DNA of 64,000 nucleotides from positions 3,904,001 to 3,968,000 of the forward strand of contig OZ254086.1 of assembly GCA_965267575.1 (NCBI GenBank), in the 5' to 3' direction. Within the stretch, counting starts at the first letter, position 1. Every line of letters begins with the position of its first letter. Below are positions 40,884 through 48,809 of this stretch, one piece after another. A model generated the notes under the pieces. The model was given only the letters and a program-made list of their open reading frames with translations. It was not told the origin of the DNA and made no database searches. Source of the stretch: Calditrichales bacterium. GTDB taxonomy: Bacteria; Calditrichota; Calditrichia; Calditrichales; J004. A program made the position numbers and the translations under genes.

Positions 40884-42362
40884 TTATTTTTTGCCTTTTT
40901 TAATGAATTCGGCGATACCCGGCAAGGCAGCCGCGATCAGTCTGGGGCCGAAACCGGATGAACCCTTTTCCAGGTAAGGCATATTTTTAACATTATATGC
41001 CACACCGGCAATATCAAGATGAACCCAGGGCACGTTTTCAATAAAGGCCTGCAAAAATTTGGCCGCGGTTATGGCCCCGCCATAGCGTGAGCCGATATGC
41101 TTCAAATCAGCCACATCACTTTTCAGATCTTCAGCGTAGCTTTCAAACAACGGCATATGCCACACACGGTCTCCGGATTGTTCTCCGGCGTTGAAAAGGA
41201 TATCGGCCAAGGCGCCGTTGTTGCCAAACATGCCGGCCGTCTTGTCGCCTAAAGCAACGGCACAGGCGCCGGTCAGCGTGGCAAAATCAACAATACAGTC
41301 CGGTTTGTACTCTTTTTGGGCATAGGTCAGCGCATCAATCAGGATCATCCTTCCTTCGGCGTCTGTATTAATTACTTCCACGCTTTTGCCGGCCATGGAA
41401 CGGATAACATCACCCGGTTTGTATGCCTTTGAACCGGGCATATTTTCGACGGCCGGCACGATCCCGATGATTTCCAGTCCGGGCTTAAGGGCGGCCACAG
41501 CAGCCATGCTGCCGATTACCGCGGCCGCACCGGACATGTCAAACTTCATATCCTCCATGCCGGAAGAAGGTTTTATGCTGATCCCGCCCGAGTCGAATGT
41601 TACACCTTTGCCCACCAGACAGATTTTGCCCGCGGATTTTCCGGCGGGTTTATAGTGTATTTTCAGCAGATACGGTTTCTGCCGGCTGCCCCGCGCCACC
41701 GCCAGAAGCGCATTCATCTTAAGCTTTTTCAAAGCCTTTATATCCAGCCAGGAGACCCCGATGTTTTTGCTGTTCTTAAAAAACAGGTCAGCGCGTTTTA
41801 CCAGCAATTCCGGCGTTAATTCGTTGGATGGTTCATTAGCAAGGTCGCGGGTGAGATGGATGCCGCGGAAAATATTCTTTAAGCGCAACAGCCGGGTTTC
41901 CATTTCCCTGCTGTAGTCTCCGCTGATTTTAACGGCCGGCGGCTTGCTTTTATCTCCGCTCTTATAAAAATCAAAACTGTAAAGCCGGAAGGCGATGCCC
42001 TCACAAATAGCAAGAACATTTTCTTCCTGCAGATTGCTTAGCAGGTGCAGCCGTTTAATTTTCAGTTCATTTAAAGCGTTTACGATTGCTGCGCCGGCAT
42101 TGCGCAGGGCGTCTTTTTCCGCGGCTTCATCAGCGTGCAAAATTAAAATCCGCGGGATGGCATCCAGTCCACTGTAAAGCATGCGGGTCCTGCCAGTCTC
42201 GGGGAAATCTCCCAGGGCAAGAAACGCTCTAAGTGCCGCCGCAATTGAATCAGGCAGGCTGTTGGATAGAAGATTTTCCGCGTAGGCTCTGTTCCCGGCA
42301 ATAACCAGGCAATCGCTTTTTATGGTCGAAAGGTTTTTCTTCTCGATTTTAAAGTCTGCCAT
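40884..42362 (-). CDS. pepA: Leucyl aminopeptidase (M17)
   Basis: VGKGVTFDSGG, MKFDM, NTDAEGR, ATLTGA, HLDIAG. Confidence 0.96.
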   Translation of the reverse strand: MADFKIEKKNLSTIKSDCLVIAGNRAYAENLLSNSLPDSIAAALRAFLALGDFPETGRTRMLYSGLDAIPRILILHADEAAEKDALRNAGAAIVNALNELKIKRLHLLSNLQEENVLAICEGIAFRLYSFDFYKSGDKSKPPAVKISGDYSREMETRLLRLKNIFRGIHLTRDLANEPSNELTPELLVKRADLFFKNSKNIGVSWLDIKALKKLKMNALLAVARGSRQKPYLLKIHYKPAGKSAGKICLVGKGVTFDSGGISIKPSSGMEDMKFDMSGAAAVIGSMAAVAALKPGLEIIGIVPAVENMPGSKAYKPGDVIRSMAGKSVEVINTDAEGRMILIDALTYAQKEYKPDCIVDFATLTGACAVALGDKTAGMFGNNGALADILFNAGEQSGDRVWHMPLFESYAEDLKSDVADLKHIGSRYGGAITAAKFLQAFIENVPWVHLDIAGVAYNVKNMPYLEKGSSGFGPRLIAAALPGIAEFIKKGKK

Positions 42363-42367
42363 ACGGC

Positions 42368-42865
42368 CTAGTAGTTTTCAGGTATCAGATTTTTTTCCAG
42401 CAAAAGCTGTCTTTTTAAAGGCGAAATATGATCTATAAACAATACGCCGTTTATGTGATCGATCTCGTGTTGCAGAACGCGCGCCATCCAGCCGTCAAAC
42501 TTTTCGTGCTGTGAACGGCCCTTCTCATCCTGGTACTTTACCTCAATACCTTCGGGTCTTACCACATCTTCCCGTACATCGGGAATGGAAAGACAGCCTT
42601 CTTCAACAACAGATTCACCCCAGCTATCGACGATCTCGGGGTTGATAAAGGCCCGTGGGATTTCATCCTCTTCAAGTGAGGAAATATCCACGACCAGGAG
42701 CCGCGATGATATTCCCACCTGAGGGGCGGCCAGACCAATACCTTCTTCATAATGCATTGTATCGATCATTTTTTTTACAGTATCCTGAAGCTTTTTATCA
42801 AAAGTCTCTATTTTATTTGTTTTTCGGCGCAAAACGGGGTCGCCGATATATCGCATCTTGTACAT
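42368..42865 (-). CDS. def: Peptide deformylase
   Basis: GIGLAAPQ, EGCLS, QHEIDH. Confidence 0.98.
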   Translation of the reverse strand: MYKMRYIGDPVLRRKTNKIETFDKKLQDTVKKMIDTMHYEEGIGLAAPQVGISSRLLVVDISSLEEDEIPRAFINPEIVDSWGESVVEEGCLSIPDVREDVVRPEGIEVKYQDEKGRSQHEKFDGWMARVLQHEIDHINGVLFIDHISPLKRQLLLEKNLIPENY

Positions 42866-42881
42866 GTCTGACTAGTCTCAT

Positions 42882-42914
42882 AAAAAAACCTCAATAACCG
42901 CCGCTATTGAGGTT
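42882..42914 (-). terminator. Intrinsic terminator after iscA
   Basis: AACCTCAATA-N8-TATTGAGGTT with a T-tail on the minus strand. Confidence 0.7.
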
Positions 42915-42927
42915 CCCGTTAAACGAT

Positions 42928-43251
42928 TTATACGGCGAACGAACTGCCGCAACCACAGGTACGCGTGGCGTTTGGATTCTTAAAGACGAACCCGGCGCCG
43001 TTCAGACCATCCGTAAAATCCAGCTCGGTTCCCGCAAGATAAACGATGCTTTTGTTATCGATGACAACATCCACGCCGTCAAACTGCAGCTTTTGGTCGT
43101 TTTCAGTGATCTTCTCTTCAAAATCGAGAATATAGGTGAATCCCGAACAACCACCACCCTTAATGCCAACCCGGATGGCACAATTGCTTTTATTTTCCTG
43201 TTGAAGGATTTCCCTCATTTTATTGACTGCTTTTGGGCTTACACTAATCAT
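42928..43251 (-). CDS. iscA: A-type Fe-S cluster carrier (HesB/IscA/ErpA family)
   Basis: GGGCSG, NPNA..TCGCGSSF; start set to ATG 43251 after a GGAGG RBS. Confidence 0.93.
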   Translation of the reverse strand: MISVSPKAVNKMREILQQENKSNCAIRVGIKGGGCSGFTYILDFEEKITENDQKLQFDGVDVVIDNKSIVYLAGTELDFTDGLNGAGFVFKNPNATRTCGCGSSFAV

Positions 43252-43366
43252 TAAACCTCCCATAAAAATTCATTTCATAAATCCTTATAATCATAATTAT
43301 AACTTTAAACTTAATTGCAGTGTAAAATTAATTCCGCGACAGGCTGTGCCGGCGTTCAATTCACAC

Positions 43367-44968
43367 TTATCCGGACGCTCCGTTTTCCGGTACTTCCAGA
43401 TCGGCAAACTCATCCACCAGTTTAGATTCAATTGATTTGCGGATGACGCATACTTTTATCTGTCCCGGGTATTCCATGGTTTCCTTGATCTTGGCAGCGA
43501 TATCGGAAGAAAGGATCATGCATTGTTCGTCGGTTATCTTGGACGGTTCCACAATCACGCGTACTTCACGCCCGGCGCTGATCGCGTATGTCTTTTTAAC
43601 GCCGTCGAAGGAGTTGGCTATTTCCTCAAGCTGACTGATGCGCTTGGTGTATGCTTCAAGCGTATCGCGTCGTGCCCCCGGACGGCTGCCGCTGATCTTG
43701 TCCGCGGCGGTCACCAGAACCGAAATCGGCGAAATCGGATCGGCTTCTTCATGGTGCGCCAGGATCGAGTTTATAACGACCTCATGCTCGCGACATTTCT
43801 GGGCCAAATCAACGCCCAGCGTAACGTGGCTGCCTTCCGTATGGCTGCTGACGGCCTTGCCGATATCATGAAACAATCCCGCACGGCGGGCCAGCTTAAC
43901 GCTGAATCCAAGCTCGGAGGCCATTGCTCCGGCAAGAAACGCCACTTCCTTACTGTGCTGCAGCTGATTTTGCCCGTAGCTGTAGCGGTAGAGCAGTCTT
44001 CCCAGGTGCTCGCGCATCAACGGATGTACGTTTTGTAAACGCAAGTCACGCAGGGTATCATCCGCAGCTTTCTGCATGGTGCGGTTTACTTCACTTTTGG
44101 CTTTTTTCACCGCCTGCTGTATCGTGTTTACGTTGATATTTTTGCCCTTAATCAGGCTTTCCATGGCAACGCGGGCAATTTCGCGGGCTACAGGATCGAA
44201 TCCGGAAAGCACCACAAGTTCGGGTGTATCATCAACAATCACCTTCACCCCGGTTGCCTCTTCAAATGCCCGGATATTCTTACCTTCGCGTCCGATGATC
44301 ATGCCTTTAAAGCGCTCATTGGGCAGTTCCACATTGGATAGTGTGGATTCCATCGTAAAATCATAAGAAAGATTCTCAATGGCCGTAGCGATGATTTCCC
44401 TGGCTTCGCGCTGCGCTTTTTCTTTGGCCTCGCTACGGATGTAGTTCATGGCTTGGGCGGCTTCCACTTTTACCTTGTTCTCAAGGTTCTCCAGGAGGAT
44501 TTTGCGCGCGTCGTCTTCAGACATGTGCGCAATACGCTCCAGCTTGTGGTTCTGGTCTTCAATGATGGCGTCCAGTTTCTTGTGTTTTTCGAACAGCATC
44601 TCTTCCAGTTCATTTACGCTGCGCTCTTTGGCTTCCAGCCGCGTTTTCATTATGGAAAGCTGGTTGTCCTCGCGGCGAATTTCCTTTTCGCGCTGCTGCA
44701 TCTGGCTTTCCATACGGTTAACTTTTTCTTCTTTCTGACGCAGCTCATTCTGAAAGCGGGAACGCCTTTGCTGTAATTCCAGCTTAAAGTTATAAAGCCG
44801 TTCCTTCTTGATTTTTTCGGCTTCGCGCTGGGCTTTTTCAACGATCGATTTTACGGTGTTCTTGCTGCGCAGCAGAACAAGGTGGTAGACGGCCACGCCC
44901 GCAAAAAGTCCCAGCAACAACAGTCCCGCGTAAAGCAGGATCTGGCCGCTGTTTAGGTTTTCAAACAT
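43367..44968 (-). CDS. rny: Ribonuclease Y
   Basis: N-terminal TM, coiled coil, KH (IIGREGKNIR), HD (HDIGK), SGSRPGARR, AGREVRV. Confidence 0.96.
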   Translation of the reverse strand: MFENLNSGQILLYAGLLLLGLFAGVAVYHLVLLRSKNTVKSIVEKAQREAEKIKKERLYNFKLELQQRRSRFQNELRQKEEKVNRMESQMQQREKEIRREDNQLSIMKTRLEAKERSVNELEEMLFEKHKKLDAIIEDQNHKLERIAHMSEDDARKILLENLENKVKVEAAQAMNYIRSEAKEKAQREAREIIATAIENLSYDFTMESTLSNVELPNERFKGMIIGREGKNIRAFEEATGVKVIVDDTPELVVLSGFDPVAREIARVAMESLIKGKNINVNTIQQAVKKAKSEVNRTMQKAADDTLRDLRLQNVHPLMREHLGRLLYRYSYGQNQLQHSKEVAFLAGAMASELGFSVKLARRAGLFHDIGKAVSSHTEGSHVTLGVDLAQKCREHEVVINSILAHHEEADPISPISVLVTAADKISGSRPGARRDTLEAYTKRISQLEEIANSFDGVKKTYAISAGREVRVIVEPSKITDEQCMILSSDIAAKIKETMEYPGQIKVCVIRKSIESKLVDEFADLEVPENGASG

Positions 44969-45087
44969 TTCGATCTCCGAATCTATTTAATCAGGATGGT
45001 AATCCTTTACTACCACAACTCCAATAAAAATATAATGATACAATCATAAAGACAAGCTATCAACAGCAACGTGAATAGCAACACATT

Positions 45088-46029
45088 CTAAGGAACATAA
45101 TTTTTTAACACTGTGCCGGTCTTTAACTCATAACCGTTTAAAAAAGCACGTACAGACATGCGCTTTTTGCCTTCCAGCTGTACATCGTCAATACGCAGGG
45201 CATAATCGCTGCAGGCAATATCAAAAGTGTCCCGATCAACCGCGATCACTTCACCCGGCACGTAAATGGAAGCCGCGATCTGCGTCACCTCGCTGCCAAA
45301 GAGCTTGAGCTTTTGCCCGTTGAGATAACAGAACGATCCGGGGTAAGGCGATAATCCGCGTATTCTGTTATGAACATCCCCGGCGTTGGCGCTAAAGTCA
45401 AGAAGCATCAATTCTTTGGTGATCTTGGGCGCCCGGGATGCCTGGGCATCATCCTGGGACAGAGGTCGTGCCTCCCCTTGTTCCAGTCGGTCCAGGCTTT
45501 CTATGAGCAGTGCCGCACCCTTTTGTGCCAGTATATCGTGCAGCTCTCCCGCGTTCATGTGCGGACCAATGGTAACGCGGTTCTGCTGGAGTATGTCGCC
45601 CGTATCCACCTTTGCATCGATCAGCATGGTGGTAATGCCCGTTTCCTTTTCTCCGTTGATGATCGCCCAGTTTATCGGCGCTGCCCCTCGGTACGCAGGC
45701 AGCAGAGAGGCATGGACGTTTACAGTGCCTTTAGGCGGGATCGTAAATATCTCACGAGGCAGGATTTTAAACGCCACCACTACAAAGCAATCGGCATTAA
45801 AACGCCTTAACTCATCCGCGAGACCGGGCTCCTTAAGAGATTCCGGTTGCAAAACGGGATAGCCGTACATCGAAGCAAACTTTTTTACCGGTGACGGCCG
45901 TACTTTTAGCCCCCTGCCCTGCGCCTTATCCGGCGTTGTTACAACCGCAACAACTTCGTGCGCCGATTGATGCAGGGCCTTAAGCGAGTTAACGGCAAAG
46001 TCCGGCGTGCCCATAAAGAGAACGCGCAT
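45088..46029 (-). CDS. fmt: Methionyl-tRNA formyltransferase
   Basis: FMGTPDFA, NVHASLLP.YRGAAPI, DTGD. Confidence 0.98.
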   Translation of the reverse strand: MRVLFMGTPDFAVNSLKALHQSAHEVVAVVTTPDKAQGRGLKVRPSPVKKFASMYGYPVLQPESLKEPGLADELRRFNADCFVVVAFKILPREIFTIPPKGTVNVHASLLPAYRGAAPINWAIINGEKETGITTMLIDAKVDTGDILQQNRVTIGPHMNAGELHDILAQKGAALLIESLDRLEQGEARPLSQDDAQASRAPKITKELMLLDFSANAGDVHNRIRGLSPYPGSFCYLNGQKLKLFGSEVTQIAASIYVPGEVIAVDRDTFDIACSDYALRIDDVQLEGKKRMSVRAFLNGYELKTGTVLKNYVP

Positions 46030-46032
46030 ACG

Positions 46033-46362
46033 TTATTTAGAGCCTTCTTTGCCGACGGTCATAACCACTTCGATGGCGGCTTTGTCCAGATTAAGCTTTA
46101 CGTTATCATCCACTTTAACAACGACTGTCTTGTTGTCATCGGTGAAACCAACAATCTTGCCGTGTACGCCGCCACGCGTGATGACGTTATCGCCCTTCTT
46201 GAGCTGCTCCAGCATTTGCTGTTTTTCTTTTTGTTTTTTCAGCTGTGGACGCATCATGAAAAAATAGATGACCACAAGAATGAGGATAAACGGTAAAAAG
46301 GACAGGAAAGGATTAGGCGCGTCTGCGGCCTGTGGTGCAAATAAAAATGCCAATGCGATCAT
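46033..46362 (-). CDS. yajC: Preprotein translocase subunit YajC
   Basis: TM then YFFMMRPQ.K, LKKGDNVITRGGVHG. Confidence 0.96.
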   Translation of the reverse strand: MIALAFLFAPQAADAPNPFLSFLPFILILVVIYFFMMRPQLKKQKEKQQMLEQLKKGDNVITRGGVHGKIVGFTDDNKTVVVKVDDNVKLNLDKAAIEVVMTVGKEGSK

Positions 46363-46390
46363 TGTAACTCCTATGATAAAATCTTTAGTG

Positions 46391-47401
46391 TTAAGAAGAT
46401 TTCAATACAAAATTCGGGAAATCTTCAAAGATTATTTTTTCTTTTAATGTCATATATATGATATCCAAAAGTTTGCGGGACGTAGCAATAATGGCCTTGC
46501 CGCTTCCCTTTTTGCTTTTTAATCGCTCATAAAAACTTCTCAGGTAAGCCGAATAACGAATGGCAATTAGAGTGCATTGAACAAGAGTTGTGCGCCCAAG
46601 TTTGCTGCCTTGTTTGGTTATCCGCCCCTGATGGATTGTTTCGTTCGAATTGTTGATACGCGGAACAACACCGAAAAAAGAGGCCAGTTTGCCGGAATCT
46701 GAAAAATCATTTATATCTCCGATGATGCTTAAAAGAATAGTTCCGCTTTTTTTGCCGATACCTTTTATGCTGGTGATGTTTTCGAATCCATCCAAATCCT
46801 TACCGGCGTCTTCAATCTGCTTATCTAATCGCTTGATGCCTTCATTTAAGGAGCGGATCTGACCGGCGATCACTTCCAGCTCAAGACGGGCTAATTCATT
46901 AACCGGATAATCTTTTAAACCATCCAGGCTTTTGTTACTGCTAAAGGCTTCACGTGATGTGACAATGCCATGAGCGTTTAAAATATTATGCACTTTATTT
47001 TTGAGTGCTGTGCGTAACTTTACCAGCTTATCCCGGGTATTGGCCAAACTCTTTAGTTGGCTTCGTTTTTCATCTTTCATACGTACCTCCGGCAGCATAT
47101 CCTTGCTTAAAAACAGCGCTAACTGCTCGGCATCCTGTTTGTCTGTCTTTTTTACCGAGTTACTGATGACTTTAAACTGACGCGGATTTACCACCACAAC
47201 CCGCTCTACATAATCTTTGATCTGATTTATAAAATAGCGGGTGTTGCCCGTGGATTCTACCGCTAAACGATCATCTTTATTTAAACTCTTTTTGAACGCA
47301 TCCAAACCGTGAATACTATATGTGGCAAAGTGGCTGGATTCTCCTTCCAGATAACATACCTGGAAATTGTTCTTGTGTAAATCTACTCCGATATTGCGCA
47401 T
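46391..47401 (-). CDS. IS110-family DEDD recombinase/transposase
   Basis: RuvC-like GVDLHK, AVES, KTDKQDA (D-E-D-D); Tnp20 domain SIKGIG, FFGVVP...SN, GRITKQG, KAIIATSRKL. Confidence 0.96.
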   Translation of the reverse strand: MRNIGVDLHKNNFQVCYLEGESSHFATYSIHGLDAFKKSLNKDDRLAVESTGNTRYFINQIKDYVERVVVVNPRQFKVISNSVKKTDKQDAEQLALFLSKDMLPEVRMKDEKRSQLKSLANTRDKLVKLRTALKNKVHNILNAHGIVTSREAFSSNKSLDGLKDYPVNELARLELEVIAGQIRSLNEGIKRLDKQIEDAGKDLDGFENITSIKGIGKKSGTILLSIIGDINDFSDSGKLASFFGVVPRINNSNETIHQGRITKQGSKLGRTTLVQCTLIAIRYSAYLRSFYERLKSKKGSGKAIIATSRKLLDIIYMTLKEKIIFEDFPNFVLKSS

Positions 47402-47419
47402 AATCCTGCTCCTGTTGGT

Positions 47420-47620
47420 TGGGATTTTATCATGCAGAGCAGAATGTTTACCGGTTGTGCCATACTCCTATTCAGGGTCTTCTTGCCCTACGCCGACCTG
47501 CGCTTAAAGCTTGACCAGTCTCCTTTACGGGATCAATGTCCCACGTTTATGATACAGCCTTAAGCCTTTTCCGCTCCATTTAGAGAATTATGCTTCTAAA
47601 CGGAACTTGTCAACCGGCAG
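47420..47620 (-). ncRNA. Candidate IS110 bridge RNA (boundaries approximate)
   Basis: Non-coding left end with a 10-bp stem (47565-56/47511-02) around an internal loop and inner hairpin, a second related module, and segments matching the element's junctions. Confidence 0.65.
47585..47613 (-). promoter_or_regulatory. Candidate sigma70 promoter inside the IS left end
   Basis: Perfect TTGACA (47613-608) followed by CATAAT (15-nt spacer) or TAATTC (17-nt spacer). Confidence 0.45.
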
Positions 47621-47625
47621 TTTAT

Positions 47626-48798
47626 TCATGTCGTCTCCTTTAATTCGTTTTCTTTATTGTTTTCCGGTTCCATTTTCCGGACCATTTCTTTCTTCCAGTT
47701 TTCAAAATTATTTTGCAGAATGTGTTCACGCGCCGTACGCATCAACTCCAGATAAAAATGGAGATTATGATGTGTTGTGAGCCAGATCCCGAACACCTCA
47801 TTGGCGTTCAGCAAATGGCGAATGTAGGCGCGCGAAAAGTTTTTGCAGCAATAGCAGCTGCAACCTTCATCAATCGGGCGTTCATCCTCTTTAAAGCGCG
47901 CTCCCTTGATAACCATTTTGCCGTTGCGGCCAAAAACAGTCCCGTTGCGCGCATTGCGTGTCGGCATAACGCAGTCGAACATGTCAACGCCGCGCGAGAT
48001 GGATTCCAGCAAATCGACAGGTGTTCCGACGCCCATCAGGTAACGTGGTTTATCCTGCGGCAGCATTGAGGTGCAAAATTGCGTTACACGAAACATATCT
48101 CTCTTGGGCTCGCCCACCGCCAGCCCGCCAATGGCATAACCCGGGAAGTCGAGCTCAATCAGGTCGCGCGCACTCTGTTCACGCAATTCCTCAAAAACAC
48201 CACCCTGAACAATCGCAAAAAGCCATTGATTGTATCCGTGCAACGGCGAAGAATTCTCGTATAATCCCCGTACTTCGCGGGCCCATTTGGTTGTCAACTT
48301 ATTGGATTCCGCCACATAATCAAACGGTGCGTCCGCGGGCGGGCATTCATCCAACACCATCATTATATCGCTGCCGATTTTGCGCTGTGTTTCCAGCACA
48401 CTTCCAGGCGTAAATGTATGATACGAACCATCAAGATGCGACTGAAAACGAACGCCCTTTTCATCAATGCGCCGCAGTTCTTTCAGGCTGTAAACCTGGT
48501 ATCCGCCGCTGTCGGTTAACACAGGTCCGCTCCAGCGCATAAATTTGTGAATACCGCCGAAACGTTCAAGCAATTCCGCGCCGGGCCGTATGTACAAATG
48601 ATAGGTATTGGCCAGTATGATCTGCGCTTGTACGTCATGCAAATCGCGGGGTGATTGCGTTTTAACACTGGCCTGGGTGCCAACGGGCATAAAAACCGGC
48701 GTTTCAACAACCCCGTGATCGGTTTTAAGCAGAGCGGCGCGCGCATTGCCGCCTTTTTCCGTATGTAGTAATCGAAATTGCAAAATGCTGTATCCCAA
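47626..48798 (-). CDS. tgt: tRNA-guanine(34) transglycosylase
   Basis: TPVFMPVGT, LANTYHL, TDSGGYQ, IVQGG, GGLAVGE, YLMGVG, DMFDCV, CSCYCC; start codon uncertain. Confidence 0.98.
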   Translation of the reverse strand: MGYSILQFRLLHTEKGGNARAALLKTDHGVVETPVFMPVGTQASVKTQSPRDLHDVQAQIILANTYHLYIRPGAELLERFGGIHKFMRWSGPVLTDSGGYQVYSLKELRRIDEKGVRFQSHLDGSYHTFTPGSVLETQRKIGSDIMMVLDECPPADAPFDYVAESNKLTTKWAREVRGLYENSSPLHGYNQWLFAIVQGGVFEELREQSARDLIELDFPGYAIGGLAVGEPKRDMFRVTQFCTSMLPQDKPRYLMGVGTPVDLLESISRGVDMFDCVMPTRNARNGTVFGRNGKMVIKGARFKEDERPIDEGCSCYCCKNFSRAYIRHLLNANEVFGIWLTTHHNLHFYLELMRTAREHILQNNFENWKKEMVRKMEPENNKENELKETT

Positions 48799-48809
48799 AA
48801 ATGTAAATA

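Larger units (their letters stand above)
46373..47630 (-). mobile_element. IS110-family insertion sequence (~1.26 kb), long left-end type, between tgt and yajC
   Basis: IS110 recombinase plus ~225 bp of upstream non-coding DNA; CAT core at both ends (46373-75 and 47628-30); removing it restores a tgt TAG stop overlapping the yajC RBS. Confidence 0.85.

Noticed and set aside
47589..47592. Alternative IS left boundary at CATA (4-bp match to the right junction)
   Set aside because: It would split a 10-bp inverted repeat between host and element and explains neither the 12-bp junction copy nor the clean tgt-yajC restoration; disfavoured but not excluded
47588..47629. 13-aa ORF MNKLPVDKFRLEA with an AAGGAG RBS at the tgt end
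   Set aside because: Its ATG is created by the IS left junction and it runs through the predicted promoter; most likely a junction artefact
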